Below are positions 24,464-34,274 of a DNA stretch of 62,277 bases, piece by piece. The stretch is from assembly GCA_043813805.1 (NCBI GenBank), contig JBDRKR010000025.1, positions 1 to 62,277 of the forward strand, in the 5' to 3' direction. Position numbers and translations under genes: made by a program. The notes under the pieces were generated by a model. That model saw only the letters and a program-made list of their open reading frames with translations. It was not told the DNA's origin and made no database searches. The stretch is from Candidatus Nealsonbacteria bacterium. GTDB lineage: Bacteria > Patescibacteriota > Minisyncoccia > Minisyncoccales > MHMH01. The first letter of the stretch is position 1, and every line of letters starts with the position of its first letter.

Positions 24464-25513
24464 TTACTTAATTATGCCTCCGCCTAAAAGTTCCTCGTCT
24501 TTATAGAAAACGACCGACTGGCCGGGGGTAATTGCCCGCTGCGGTTCGCGAAAAATTAGTTTGTAGTTTGTAGTTTTTAGTTTATAGATTACTGCTGACG
24601 ATAATTTGGAACGGTACCTTATTTTGGCTTTAACTTTCATCGGCAATTTGGGAGTTTTACCCGATAGCCAATTGACGTCCGCAGCTATAAGTTCTTTCTC
24701 TAATAAATCCTTTTCGTTTTTGGTGACGATTAAAAGATTTTTCTTGAAATCCTTGCCTTTCACCCAATATGGTCCCTGGGGCAAACCAATCCCCTTTCTT
24801 TGACCGATAGTATAGAAAATCAATCCCTGATGCTTACCTAAAATCTTTCCGGAGACATCAACGATATTTCCTGTTGTGGGTTTAAAATACCTCTGCAAAA
24901 ATTCGTTAATGGCGCCGGGCACAAAACAAATTTCCTGGGATTCGGGAGTTTCGGCTACCGGTAATTTGAACTTTTGGGCTAATTTCCTCACTTCCGGCTT
25001 GGTATAACCACCCACAGGGAATAAGACGCGAGACAACTGCTGCTGACTGAGCTTCCATAAAAAATAACTCTGATCCTTTTCCGGATCTGTCCCCTGTAGC
25101 GTTTTTTTGCCTTGACGCCGTACATAATGGCCCGTGGCGATGAAATCGACGCCCAGCGACAAGGCCTTCTCCAACAAAAGACCGAACTTGATCTCTTTAT
25201 TGCAAACCACGCAGGGATTAGGGGTAACTCCGGCGCGGTATTCTTCCAAAAAACGGTCAACGATTCTTTTTTTAAACTCTTTTTCAAAATTAAACACGTA
25301 AAAAGGAATGCCCAGGATCCTGGCCACTTCTTTGGCTCTTTGCTGCGATTCAAGAGAACAGCATCTGTTCCATCTTTCAACCTTTTTATCCGAAGGAGAA
25401 AACCAAAACCTCATAAAAACCCCGCTGACTTGAAAACCCTGCTTTTTAAGCAGGGCAGCGGCTACGGAAGAATCGACTCCGCCGGACATGGCAACAATCA
25501 CCTTTTTAGGCAT
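24464..25513 (-). CDS. mnmA: tRNA 2-thiouridine synthase
   Basis: 349 aa with PP-loop SGGVDSS. Confidence 0.9.
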   Translation of the reverse strand: MPKKVIVAMSGGVDSSVAAALLKKQGFQVSGVFMRFWFSPSDKKVERWNRCCSLESQQRAKEVARILGIPFYVFNFEKEFKKRIVDRFLEEYRAGVTPNPCVVCNKEIKFGLLLEKALSLGVDFIATGHYVRRQGKKTLQGTDPEKDQSYFLWKLSQQQLSRVLFPVGGYTKPEVRKLAQKFKLPVAETPESQEICFVPGAINEFLQRYFKPTTGNIVDVSGKILGKHQGLIFYTIGQRKGIGLPQGPYWVKGKDFKKNLLIVTKNEKDLLEKELIAADVNWLSGKTPKLPMKVKAKIRYRSKLSSAVIYKLKTTNYKLIFREPQRAITPGQSVVFYKDEELLGGGIIK

Positions 25514-26027
25514 AACGGTCAGCCACCACCGACGCGGCGAAAGACGAGGGCTTGATCATCGGCTCAAAACCGTTGCCGCGGATGAGTCCAACGACCTCTT
25601 TAATCATATCTCTTGTCACGCCCTTCTCACCGACATCCGCGTGGATATAACGGAACTCGTAATTCGAAGAGTCAATGGAGGCTTTTTGAGCGGCTTTGGC
25701 TATTTTTTCTCTTAGGGTCAGGGCGAGCTGACACGAAAGCAAAACCTCATTTAAAATTCTTTGCTTCCAGCCGTAGAATTTCCGGCCCTCGGGATATTTG
25801 ATTCGCTTCAAGAAAAATCTGCCGCCCTCACCCTTTCTTAAAACAACGATGGCTAGGGGGAAATGCGGTTCTTCGTTTGATGACGAATCGCACCCGACAA
25901 CGATATCGTAAAACTTCTCCTTATCTTCAGCAATATATTTAAAAATCTCTTTGACCGACCCGTCCAAAGTCAAATTGCCGCACGTGGGATTAAAAAAATG
26001 ACCGTTGAGAATAATATCGTCTTCCAT
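25506..26027 (-). CDS. YkuK/DUF458-like RNase H-fold protein
   Basis: 173 aa. Family recalled from the VVGCDSS and PLAIVVLRKGEGGRFF pattern. Confidence 0.5.
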   Translation of the reverse strand: MEDDIILNGHFFNPTCGNLTLDGSVKEIFKYIAEDKEKFYDIVVGCDSSSNEEPHFPLAIVVLRKGEGGRFFLKRIKYPEGRKFYGWKQRILNEVLLSCQLALTLREKIAKAAQKASIDSSNYEFRYIHADVGEKGVTRDMIKEVVGLIRGNGFEPMIKPSSFAASVVADRYA

Positions 26028-26039
26028 AACAAATGATCG

Positions 26040-26702
26040 CTAACAATAGCAACTATTTTTAACAATGTCAATGAATTCTTTGGGATTCAGGGAAGCCCCG
26101 CCGACGAGCAGTCCTTGAAAACCTGACTTACAAATATAATCCCCTGCATTCTGCGAATTAACACTGCCGCCGTATAAAACCGGAGTTTTGGTGCCGATAG
26201 CGCGCTCGATAGCCAACCTCATTTTTTCCGCCCTCTCCAGACTGCAGGGCTTACCCGTGCCAACGGCAAAAAGCGGCTCGTAGGCCACAATTAAGCCGGG
26301 TAGCGCTGATTTGGGCAGTTGAGACAGCTTATCAACACAAAGGATCGGCTTTAGACCTGCAGTCAAAACGGCTTTCAGCTTCTTTGCGATCATTTCATTA
26401 CTTTCGTTTTGATATTTTCTTCTTTCTGAATGACCCAAAATAACGTATTCAACGCCCATGTTTTTAAGCATCAATGCTGAAACTTCGCCAGTGAAAGGTC
26501 CTCCGCCAGTTGGCGGATTCTCCCAAAAACAATCCTGCGCCCCTAAAGGAGCTAAGCTCCTCCTAAAGGAGCTAAGCTCCTTTAGGTAAATAAATGGCGG
26601 GCAAATTATTGCTCCGGTATCTTTAACCTGATCAAAGAGAATCTTGGCTTCTCCTGAGGTTGCCGGATTCATTTTCCAATTAGCGACGATTAAAGATTTC
26701 AT
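26040..26702 (-). CDS. tpiA: triosephosphate isomerase
   Basis: 220 aa with ANWKMN, GHSERR, AYEPLFAVGTG and YGGSV. Confidence 0.9.
   Translation of the reverse strand: MKSLIVANWKMNPATSGEAKILFDQVKDTGAIICPPFIYLKELSSFRRSLAPLGAQDCFWENPPTGGGPFTGEVSALMLKNMGVEYVILGHSERRKYQNESNEMIAKKLKAVLTAGLKPILCVDKLSQLPKSALPGLIVAYEPLFAVGTGKPCSLERAEKMRLAIERAIGTKTPVLYGGSVNSQNAGDYICKSGFQGLLVGGASLNPKEFIDIVKNSCYC
26542..26581. repeat. perfect 2 x 20-nt tandem repeat inside tpiA
   Basis: cctaaaggagctaagctcct occurs twice. Each unit holds the palindrome aggagct-a-agctcct. Confidence 0.85.
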
Positions 26703-27157
26703 ATGATTTTAATTACTCCTAAAGTAGTTAAAGTAACGATGATGCCCGCGATAATAACGCCGAAAGAAATCAGGGGAAAAGCTCTTTTAAAAGGAATGCC
26801 GAAAACAAACGCGCATAAGGCTCCGGTCCAGGCGCCGGTAAATGGCATCGGAATGGCGACAAAAAGTATTAAAGCCAGATCTTTTCCGCGCTCAAAGATT
26901 TTCGCGTGTTTTTTTCTCGTTCTTTCAAAAAGCCAGGCAAAAAAACGATTGAACAACCGCGAACGGCGGCTTAAATATCCGGAGACCGATTCAAGCAGTA
27001 AAAGAACGAAAACGATGGGCACTATATTGCCGATTACGGAAATGAGGTAAGCCGACCAAACCGGCAAATGGTAAGCTCCCAAAGCCATGGGGATGGAACC
27101 TCTTAATTCTAAAATCGGCGACATCGCGATTAAAAAAACCTTGAGCTCGGCAATCAT
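26699..27157 (-). CDS. small membrane protein (putative small multidrug-export family)
   Basis: 152 aa with 4 TM helices and the ELRGSIP motif. Confidence 0.5.
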   Translation of the reverse strand: MIAELKVFLIAMSPILELRGSIPMALGAYHLPVWSAYLISVIGNIVPIVFVLLLLESVSGYLSRRSRLFNRFFAWLFERTRKKHAKIFERGKDLALILFVAIPMPFTGAWTGALCAFVFGIPFKRAFPLISFGVIIAGIIVTLTTLGVIKII

Positions 27158-27163
27158 TTCTTA

Positions 27164-27192
27164 ATTATAATTCCATACACATGAAAAATCAA
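27164..27192 (-). promoter_or_regulatory. promoter TTGATT-17-TATAAT, 6 nt from the ATG
   Basis: -10 at 27164-27169 and -35 at 27187-27192. Confidence 0.55.
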
Positions 27193-27209
27193 TGAGGAAA
27201 TTTCAAGGT

Positions 27210-27956
27210 TTATATTACAGTAATCACCTTTACTCCATTTTTGGTGGCAACCATGGTGTGCTCAAAATGAGCCGATAAAGAACCGTCGGCCGTTTCGTAG
27301 GCATGCCCGTCTTTGGCCTTCTTAATTTCTCCCCTCCCCATAGCTATCATTGGTTCTAAACAAAAAACCATGCCCGGCTCGATGTCGGGTCCGGAATGCC
27401 TGGTACCGTAGTTCAAAATTTCAGGATCTTCATGAAGCTCTTTGCCAATGCCGTGTCCGCAAAGATCTTTAACCGCTGAAAAACCCTGATCTTCAATGTA
27501 TCTTTGAATGGTATTGGAGATATCGCCAAAAGTATTACCCGGCCCAACTTTTTTAATGCCTCGCTTCAAGGCTTTTTTAGTCACCCGGATAAGCCTGCTT
27601 GTTTCGGGCGAAACTTTGCCGCAAGGCACGGTCACCGCCATATCCGTATGAAAACCTTTATATAAAATGCCCAAATCAAGTGAAATAATATCGCCTTCTT
27701 TCAAAACCCTGGCCGAAGGGACAGCATGAACGATTTCTTCGTTAATTGAGGCGCACAGACACGCCGGATAGCCGTTGTAGCCCAAAAAAGAGCACTTAGC
27801 ACCCGATTTTAAAACAAGGGCTTGGGCAGCCCTGTTAAGTTCTTCCGTGCTGATGCCCGGCCTCACCATCTTCTCTAATTCTTTGACGATTTGAGCTAGA
27901 ATCTTGCCGCCTTCCCGCATTACCGCAATTTCTTCTTTGGTTTTAATTGTAATCAT
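27210..27956 (-). CDS. map: methionine aminopeptidase type I
   Basis: 248 aa, M24A-type sequence. Confidence 0.9.
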   Translation of the reverse strand: MITIKTKEEIAVMREGGKILAQIVKELEKMVRPGISTEELNRAAQALVLKSGAKCSFLGYNGYPACLCASINEEIVHAVPSARVLKEGDIISLDLGILYKGFHTDMAVTVPCGKVSPETSRLIRVTKKALKRGIKKVGPGNTFGDISNTIQRYIEDQGFSAVKDLCGHGIGKELHEDPEILNYGTRHSGPDIEPGMVFCLEPMIAMGRGEIKKAKDGHAYETADGSLSAHFEHTMVATKNGVKVITVI

Positions 27957-28525
27957 TTTATTTGCGACAGAACTTCGCCGATATTTTCTTTTAATTGATC
28001 AAGGGAACCCGTGTTAACGATGGTAAAATCGGCCATAACGATGGGACCGCCCTTTTCCAGATTTTCAATTTCAGCGTAATCGCGAGACCTCGCCTCTTCT
28101 TTGGTAAAATTTCTGAAACGCTGGGCCATGTCGTCTTTAACGCTCCGGCCGGTTAATCTTCCGTATCTTAATTTCGGCGGAGCGAAAACCGCTATAACGC
28201 TCATTAAATCGCCGTATTTTTCTTTAAGAACTTTGTACTCCGACCAGCTGTAAAGCCCGTCAACCGCGACATCGGATTTCTCCAGCAATTCGTCTATTTT
28301 GGGGATATTAAGAATGGCGAAAGCGGCCATGCCGTGCTCTTTTCTTAAACCCTCCCTGACTTCTCTTTCGTTTTTTTCAACGGGTGCAAGTCCCCTTTCT
28401 TTCACTATATCAAGCGTAATCTGACCAAACCTTAAAAAGGCGAAACCCTCTCTGACAAGTTCATCGGCCACCACGCTTTTGCCGGAGCCGGGCATGCCAA
28501 CAATACAAATAATTTTGTTGGGCAT
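27953..28525 (-). CDS. P-loop nucleotide kinase-like protein
   Basis: 190 aa with GMPGSGKS. Confidence 0.5.
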   Translation of the reverse strand: MPNKIICIVGMPGSGKSVVADELVREGFAFLRFGQITLDIVKERGLAPVEKNEREVREGLRKEHGMAAFAILNIPKIDELLEKSDVAVDGLYSWSEYKVLKEKYGDLMSVIAVFAPPKLRYGRLTGRSVKDDMAQRFRNFTKEEARSRDYAEIENLEKGGPIVMADFTIVNTGSLDQLKENIGEVLSQIK

Positions 28526-28532
28526 AAAAGAG

Positions 28533-29210
28533 TTATCTGATTACCCTTAAGATGTCTTTAAAAACGTCTTCAATCGGCTGCTCGCCGTTAATTTTAACCA
28601 ATCGGCCGCTTTTTTTGTAATAATCAATGATCGGCTGAACGTCGGTTTTAAACCATTTCAATCTGTTTTTGGCTGATTTAACCGTATCGTCGGCTCTGGT
28701 TATTAATTTACCGCCACATTTCGGGCATTTCTTCATGTTTCTGAATTCTCCGACAAAAGGAATAAGCTCTTTGCAGTCTTGACACATTCTCCTTTTCGTC
28801 AGCCGCCAAATCGCTTCCTTATCCGAAATATCAACCAATATCGCTTTTACGTTTTTATCCCATTTATACCATTCAAAAGCCTGATCAATTAAATGAGCTT
28901 CCAATAACCTCCTCGGATTTCCATCCATGACTAAGCCCTTAAAATTCTTATTCTTATTTTTAATTTCTTCAACTTTATCCAACCATAATTTAAAAATAAC
29001 GCACATGGGGGTCAAAAGACCCTTTAACATTTGCTCTCTTTGCTTTCTTCCGGTGAAATCATTCTTTTTTGCCCTCGCACGGAGCAAGTCGCCCGAAACG
29101 ATTCGATTCAAACCGAATTTTTTCACCAAAAAATCGCCCTGCGTTCCCTTGCCCGAACCAGACTTTCCCATTAAGATTACGACTAAAGGATTTTTTTTAG
29201 AAAGTATCAT
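28533..29210 (-). CDS. adk: adenylate kinase (Zn lid)
   Basis: GKSGSGKGTQ P-loop and lid Cys pairs CQDC and CPKCG. Confidence 0.85.
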   Translation of the reverse strand: MILSKKNPLVVILMGKSGSGKGTQGDFLVKKFGLNRIVSGDLLRARAKKNDFTGRKQREQMLKGLLTPMCVIFKLWLDKVEEIKNKNKNFKGLVMDGNPRRLLEAHLIDQAFEWYKWDKNVKAILVDISDKEAIWRLTKRRMCQDCKELIPFVGEFRNMKKCPKCGGKLITRADDTVKSAKNRLKWFKTDVQPIIDYYKKSGRLVKINGEQPIEDVFKDILRVIR

Positions 29211-30477
29211 ACTCTCTCATTTGCAGTTGGGAATTGACCTGACGCATGGTTTCTAAAACGACCGAAACCACGATTAATAATGACGTACCTCCGATTAAAA
29301 ATGAAAACGAAGTGATGCCGGTGACTCCTCCGATAATGGAAGGCAAAACAGCAATCGATCCCAAGAAGAGGGCACCCAACATCAAAACGCGGTTCAAAAT
29401 ATAATAAAGGAAGTTCGCGGTGGATTCCCCCGGCCTGATGCCCGGAACAAAACCGCCCATTTTCTGAAGATTTTGAGATATGGCTTTGGGGTCAAAAGTA
29501 ACGGCCGTGTAAAAGTAAGTGAAAACGCAAACCAAAAGAAAATACAAAATGCCGTAAACCCACTGATTTTGGAAAAGATCGCCCACGTTTTGAGCAAGAC
29601 TGCCGACAAGTCCTCCGGCCCCCGACAGGAAGCTCGCGATCATACCGGGGAAAAGCATAATCGATAAGGCAAAGATGATCGGAATAACGCCGGCCGGATT
29701 GATGTTTAAGGGCAGATAAGTGGAAACTCCCCCGTACATACGCCCGCCCCGGACACGTTTCGCGTAAGACACCGGAATATTACGCCGGCCCTCGTTGACC
29801 ATAACTACTCCGGCGATAATAAATAACGCCATGGCAAAAAAGAGGAAATAAGCGGGTAATTGAGACGGATCCCATTTCGCGGCAATTTGTAAAATATTTT
29901 CGGGGACGGAAGCCACAATGCCGGCAAAGATTAAAAGAGAAACGCCGTTGCCGATGCCACGCTCGGTAATCAATTCGCCCAGCCACATCAATAAAACGCA
30001 ACCGGCTGCCACCGAAACAATTGAAACCAAAGTGGTTACGGTAGAAAGTTCGCCGATAGCTCCCTGCCTTTGAAATAAATTCAGCATGGCGTAAGCTTGC
30101 AGCATTCCCAAAGGAACGGTTAAAATCCTGCCGTATTGATTGAACTTTTGCCTACCCTGCTCTCCCTCTTCTTTATATAATTTTTCCAACGGAGGAAAAA
30201 TCATGGTTAACAACTGCATGATAATGGTGGCTGTAATATAGGGACCCAAACCCAACATGGCGATGGAAAGATTAGAAAGCGTACCGCCGGTAAAAAGGTT
30301 TAAAAGCCCGAACATCTGGAACTGATCAAAAAACGCCTTAAGGTTTTCCGCTTCAATACCCGGCATCGGGATACTGGCCATCAACCTGAAAATAACAAAA
30401 ACCCCAAGCACAAAAAGAATTTTTTTGCGCAGATCGGGAATTTTGAAAACTTGGATGATTTTATTGAGCCATTGCAT
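29197..30477 (-). CDS. secY: preprotein translocase SecY
   Basis: 10-TM SecY pattern. Start placed at Met11, right after the rplO stop. Confidence 0.9.
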   Translation of the reverse strand: MQWLNKIIQVFKIPDLRKKILFVLGVFVIFRLMASIPMPGIEAENLKAFFDQFQMFGLLNLFTGGTLSNLSIAMLGLGPYITATIIMQLLTMIFPPLEKLYKEEGEQGRQKFNQYGRILTVPLGMLQAYAMLNLFQRQGAIGELSTVTTLVSIVSVAAGCVLLMWLGELITERGIGNGVSLLIFAGIVASVPENILQIAAKWDPSQLPAYFLFFAMALFIIAGVVMVNEGRRNIPVSYAKRVRGGRMYGGVSTYLPLNINPAGVIPIIFALSIMLFPGMIASFLSGAGGLVGSLAQNVGDLFQNQWVYGILYFLLVCVFTYFYTAVTFDPKAISQNLQKMGGFVPGIRPGESTANFLYYILNRVLMLGALFLGSIAVLPSIIGGVTGITSFSFLIGGTSLLIVVSVVLETMRQVNSQLQMREYDTF

Positions 30478-30478
30478 A

Positions 30479-30910
30479 TTACTTGATGGTGCCGCCGGCT
30501 TTCTCAATCAATTCTCGAGCCTTCCCGGACAATTGGCTGTTTTCTATGACTAAAGCTTTGGTCACTTTTCCTTTAGCTAAAATTTTGACATGCGGCGTTA
30601 CTCCTTTTATTCTACGGATTAATTTTTGTTTGAGCAATGTTTCCGGGTTGACGATGTCGCCAGCCTTGAATTTCTTTTCCAAAGCCTCAATATTGACGAC
30701 GGCAATCTCCCCCGTCCTTGACTTAAACCGGTAACCGCGCAATTTGGGATACCTTTTGATCAAACTTCTAATCACCGGAACAAAGTTGTAACTTTCTCTG
30801 GCTTTTTGTCCTTTCTTGCCACGGCCGCAATACTTGCCTCGTTTGCCTCCCCTGCCCACCCTCTGTTTTTTTTGGCGAGAATATTTTGATTTAATTTCGT
30901 GAAGTTGCAT
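30479..30910 (-). CDS. rplO: 50S ribosomal protein L15
   Basis: 143 aa with RVGRGGKRGK. Confidence 0.9.
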   Translation of the reverse strand: MQLHEIKSKYSRQKKQRVGRGGKRGKYCGRGKKGQKARESYNFVPVIRSLIKRYPKLRGYRFKSRTGEIAVVNIEALEKKFKAGDIVNPETLLKQKLIRRIKGVTPHVKILAKGKVTKALVIENSQLSGKARELIEKAGGTIK

Positions 30911-30922
30911 GGAAGTGAAGTG

Positions 30923-31417
30923 CTATTTTTTATTCTTAAGCTGCTTTAAAGCTTCAATGGTCGCTCGGGCGTTATTAATTTTATTGCCGCTCTTGCTGAG
31001 AATTTTTGAGGAAATATTTTTTACTCCGGCCAAAGCGCAAACGACTCTGACCGTACCCCCGGCCACCAAACCGCGGCCGGTCCTTTGGGGTCTCAACAAA
31101 ATACGAGCCGAGCCCACCTTAGCAATCACTTCGTGGGGAATGGTTTCGCCGGACATTGGCACTATAATGATATTCTTCTTAGCGAGCCTGGTTGCCTTTT
31201 CTACGGCGAAAGCGACATCGTGTCCTTTAGCTATACCTAAACCAACCTTGCCCATTTTATTTCCGACAATTATTAATGCCCTGAATCTCATTTTCTTACC
31301 GCCGGCCCTGGTGTGCGAAACCCTGGCCAAATCCAAAAGCTTGGACTCGAACTCGTCTTTAATTCGAGTCGGCTCCTGCCTTCTAAATCTTGAGTTTGAT
31401 GGTTCTCTTTGTATCAT
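30923..31417 (-). CDS. rpsE: 30S ribosomal protein S5
   Basis: 164 aa. Position and sequence fit S5. rplO follows directly, with no L30 gene between. Confidence 0.9.
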   Translation of the reverse strand: MIQREPSNSRFRRQEPTRIKDEFESKLLDLARVSHTRAGGKKMRFRALIIVGNKMGKVGLGIAKGHDVAFAVEKATRLAKKNIIIVPMSGETIPHEVIAKVGSARILLRPQRTGRGLVAGGTVRVVCALAGVKNISSKILSKSGNKINNARATIEALKQLKNKK

Positions 31418-31424
31418 ATTAAAG

Positions 31425-31778
31425 TCAAAATTTTAAACCTCCCTCTCTTGCTCCTTCGGCCACGGCCTTAACCCGACCATGATATTTATAAGGCCCGCGG
31501 TCGAAAATTACTTTTTCAATTTTCTTCTCCAAAGCGGCCTTAGCAACCGTCTTGCCGATTTCTTTAGAAACATCAACTTTGGTCTTTTTGCCTTTTTTAA
31601 GTTTCTCGTCGCTTACCGACAAAATCGTCTTCTTTAAAATATCATCGATCAACTGAACGTAAATGTGTTTATTGGATCGGAAAACGCAAAGGCGAGGCTT
31701 TTTTAAAGAGCCCAAAATTTTAGCCCTGACCCTCCTCTGACGTCTCAATTTTCTTTCTTTGTTCGCTGTTAATGACAT
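31425..31778 (-). CDS. rplR: 50S ribosomal protein L18
   Basis: 117 aa. Called from spc operon order. Confidence 0.9.
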   Translation of the reverse strand: MSLTANKERKLRRQRRVRAKILGSLKKPRLCVFRSNKHIYVQLIDDILKKTILSVSDEKLKKGKKTKVDVSKEIGKTVAKAALEKKIEKVIFDRGPYKYHGRVKAVAEGAREGGLKF

Positions 31779-31789
31779 ATTAGTTTAAA

Positions 31790-32335
31790 TTACGAACCTG
31801 TTGTAGCGGTCGCCGCTCTTTTACCTTCTTTTAATTTAATCTCTTCGCCGAAATACCTGATTCCCTTGCCCTTGTAGGGTTCGGGCGGCCTGACCTTTCT
31901 GATATCAGCCGCTGCTTGTCCGACCAGTCCCTTGTCGGTTCCCTGTACTGTGATAATATTTTTTTCCACTGAAAAAACAATGCCCTGGGGAGGCGACATC
32001 TTGACCGGGTGGGAAAAACCGACGCTCAAAACGAGTGTCTCGCCCTCCATAACGGCCCGGTTGCCGACGCCGATAATTTCCAATTTTTTCTCAAAATTCT
32101 TAACCACCCCCTGGATCATATTGGCTAATAAAGCCCTGGTTAACCCCCAGAAGGCTTTAGCCTCGGGGTTCACGGCAGAAACCGCGACCTTACCGTCTTT
32201 CATTTCAACCTTAATTTCAGGCCGGACTTTTATAGAAAGCTCGCCTTTAGGTCCTTTGACCTGTACTTTTTGGCCGGTGATTTTCACTTCAACGCCAGCC
32301 GGTATTTCAATTGGTTTTTTGCCTATGCGTGACAT
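31790..32335 (-). CDS. rplF: 50S ribosomal protein L6
   Basis: MSRIGKKPIEIP start. Confidence 0.95.
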   Translation of the reverse strand: MSRIGKKPIEIPAGVEVKITGQKVQVKGPKGELSIKVRPEIKVEMKDGKVAVSAVNPEAKAFWGLTRALLANMIQGVVKNFEKKLEIIGVGNRAVMEGETLVLSVGFSHPVKMSPPQGIVFSVEKNIITVQGTDKGLVGQAAADIRKVRPPEPYKGKGIRYFGEEIKLKEGKRAATATTGS

Positions 32336-32344
32336 ATAAGTATT

Positions 32345-32734
32345 TTACCAAATTTCGCAAATCATCTCCCCTCCCAAGTTCTGCTTTTTGGCTTCAGAAC
32401 CCGTCATTAATCCCTTTGAGGTGGAAATGATGGAAAATCCGTAACCGCCCCTAACCGACTTGATTTTTTGTGCGGCGAGATAAATCCGCTGCCCCGGCCT
32501 AGAAACTCTTTTTATCCCCGAAATAGCCGGAACTTTATTATCATATTTCAAAACGATCTCAAGGGTCTTGTTGGATGCGCCCTTGCCCGTTCTCGCCACC
32601 TTCCCGACAAAACCTCTTCTTTCCAAAAGTTTAGCAATTTCATATTTCAAATTAGAAAAATCCACTTCAATTTGAGGAAGTAAAACGACCTGGGCATTCT
32701 TTATTGAATTGAACATATTATTGATTTGATCCAT
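32345..32734 (-). CDS. rpsH: 30S ribosomal protein S8
   Basis: 129 aa. Called from operon order. Confidence 0.9.
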   Translation of the reverse strand: MDQINNMFNSIKNAQVVLLPQIEVDFSNLKYEIAKLLERRGFVGKVARTGKGASNKTLEIVLKYDNKVPAISGIKRVSRPGQRIYLAAQKIKSVRGGYGFSIISTSKGLMTGSEAKKQNLGGEMICEIW

Positions 32735-32789
32735 GTAATTGCAATTTATTCTTCGACTGGCTCAGAGTAATCCTGAGCTTACCGAAGGA

Positions 32790-32975
32790 TTACCAACTTG
32801 ATTTTTTAACACCGGGAATTAAAGCTTCATTAGCCATTTCTCTGAAACAGATGCGGCACAATCCGAATTCTCCCATATAGCCCCGAGGCCTGCCGCAACG
32901 AAAACAGCGTCTCACGATCCTTGTTGAAAATTTCGGTTTTCTTTTAGCTTTAGCGATTAAAGATTTCTTTGCCAT
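32790..32975 (-). CDS. rpsN: 30S ribosomal protein S14 type Z
   Basis: 61 aa with CFRCG...CRIC zinc motif. Confidence 0.9.
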   Translation of the reverse strand: MAKKSLIAKAKRKPKFSTRIVRRCFRCGRPRGYMGEFGLCRICFREMANEALIPGVKKSSW

Positions 32976-32979
32976 GTTA

Positions 32980-33561
32980 TTAAGACTTATTTTTGATAGG
33001 AAAACCCATTAATTTAAGTAATTCCAATCCTTCTTTTTGGTTCTTGGCTGTGGTGACGACCGTAATTTCGAAGCTGAAAATAGCTTTCGTTTTTTCCGGC
33101 GAAATTTCCGGAAAAGCGATGTGCTCTTTAAGAGCCACTGTTAAATTGCCGCTTTGATCGATTGACTTTGGATCAATGCCTTGAAAATCGCGCGATCTGG
33201 GCAAGGCGACATTAATCAGTCTCTCTAAAAAGTCGTACATTCTCTGCCCCCTTAAAGTGCAGCAAGCGCCGATCAGCATGCCTTGCCTGGTTTTGAAGGC
33301 GGCAATCGCTTTTTTAGCTTTGGTCGGCATAACCTTCTGCCCGGCGATCAAAGTCAAATCCCCGACAATCGCGTCAATAATTTTCTTTGGTTCATCGCCG
33401 GTTTTGCCAACGATCAATCTGCCAAACCCGGTATTTAACACCACTTTTTCAATCTTGGGCACAGCCATACTGGATTTATAACCTAATTTCTCCCGCATAA
33501 CGGGAATAACTTCTTTGATAAATTTTTCCTTTAATCTCATCATGTTAGTTTGAAAAACCAA
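32980..33561 (-). CDS. rplE: 50S ribosomal protein L5
   Basis: The true start is probably Met7 or Met8 (MRLKEKF). Confidence 0.9.
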   Translation of the reverse strand: MVFQTNMMRLKEKFIKEVIPVMREKLGYKSSMAVPKIEKVVLNTGFGRLIVGKTGDEPKKIIDAIVGDLTLIAGQKVMPTKAKKAIAAFKTRQGMLIGACCTLRGQRMYDFLERLINVALPRSRDFQGIDPKSIDQSGNLTVALKEHIAFPEISPEKTKAIFSFEITVVTTAKNQKEGLELLKLMGFPIKNKS

Positions 33562-33586
33562 GGTTCTCGTGAAAACGAGGTTCTTA
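33558..33586 (-). repeat. direct repeat AAGAACCTCG-N8-AGAACCTTGG
   Basis: Related to 18356-18383 but on the opposite strand. Lies in the rplX-rplE spacer. Confidence 0.6.
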
Positions 33587-33889
33587 AATTTCTGATTGGC
33601 ATTTTTTACAAATGCGATATTTCTTTTTATCTAAAATCTTATAACCGACCCTGGTGGGTTTCGAGCATTTCGGACAAATTAAAACGGCGTTAGCGACCGA
33701 AAAAGCGGCCGGCACATGCACCAATTGTCCCTTTTCGCCGGATTTTTTGGGCTTCATGTTCTTTTTCCTCACACTGACGCCCTCAACGACAATCTTGCTT
33801 TCTTGAGAAAAAACATCTAAAACCTTGCCCTTTTTGCCGCGATCCTTGCCCGATATTATTAAAACCTGGTCGTTTTTGTGTATTTTCAT
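33584..33889 (-). CDS. rplX: 50S ribosomal protein L24
   Basis: Start placed at MKIHKNDQVLIISGKDRGK. Has a C-terminal Cys pair extension. Confidence 0.9.
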   Translation of the reverse strand: MKIHKNDQVLIISGKDRGKKGKVLDVFSQESKIVVEGVSVRKKNMKPKKSGEKGQLVHVPAAFSVANAVLICPKCSKPTRVGYKILDKKKYRICKKCQSEI

Positions 33890-33893
33890 ATAA

Positions 33894-34265
33894 TTACACC
33901 AATTCTTCGGCCATGCCGGCGATTTTATCAAAACCCCTTTCCTTTAATTCCTTGGCAATCGGCCCGAAAAGCCTGCCTCCCTTGGGCTCTTTCGTTTTCG
34001 CATCCAGAATAACACAGGCGTTATCGTCAAAACGGATATAAACGCCGCTGGACCTGCGGAAAGCCTTCCTCTGTCTGACCACGACCGCTCTTACCACTTC
34101 GTGCTTTTTAACGATCTTGCGCGGTTCGGCTTTTTTGACGACGCCTACAAAAATATCGCCCAGCTGCGCGTAGCGATGCTTGCTTCCTCCTAAGACTATA
34201 AAAGCCTGGACGATTTTCGCCCCGGAATTATCCGCCACTTTTAACATGGTTCTTAATTGAATCAT
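33894..34265 (-). CDS. rplN: 50S ribosomal protein L14
   Basis: MIQLRTMLKVADNSGAK start. Confidence 0.95.
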   Translation of the reverse strand: MIQLRTMLKVADNSGAKIVQAFIVLGGSKHRYAQLGDIFVGVVKKAEPRKIVKKHEVVRAVVVRQRKAFRRSSGVYIRFDDNACVILDAKTKEPKGGRLFGPIAKELKERGFDKIAGMAEELV

Positions 34266-34274
34266 AAACTAAAA

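Noticed and set aside
26542-26581. Possible CRISPR or minisatellite at the tpiA, proS and REP loci.
   Set aside because: Each has only two tandem units, no unique spacers of regular length, and lies inside or at the ends of CDSs. There are no cas genes apart from an isolated Cas4-like nuclease. No CRISPR array is present in the window.
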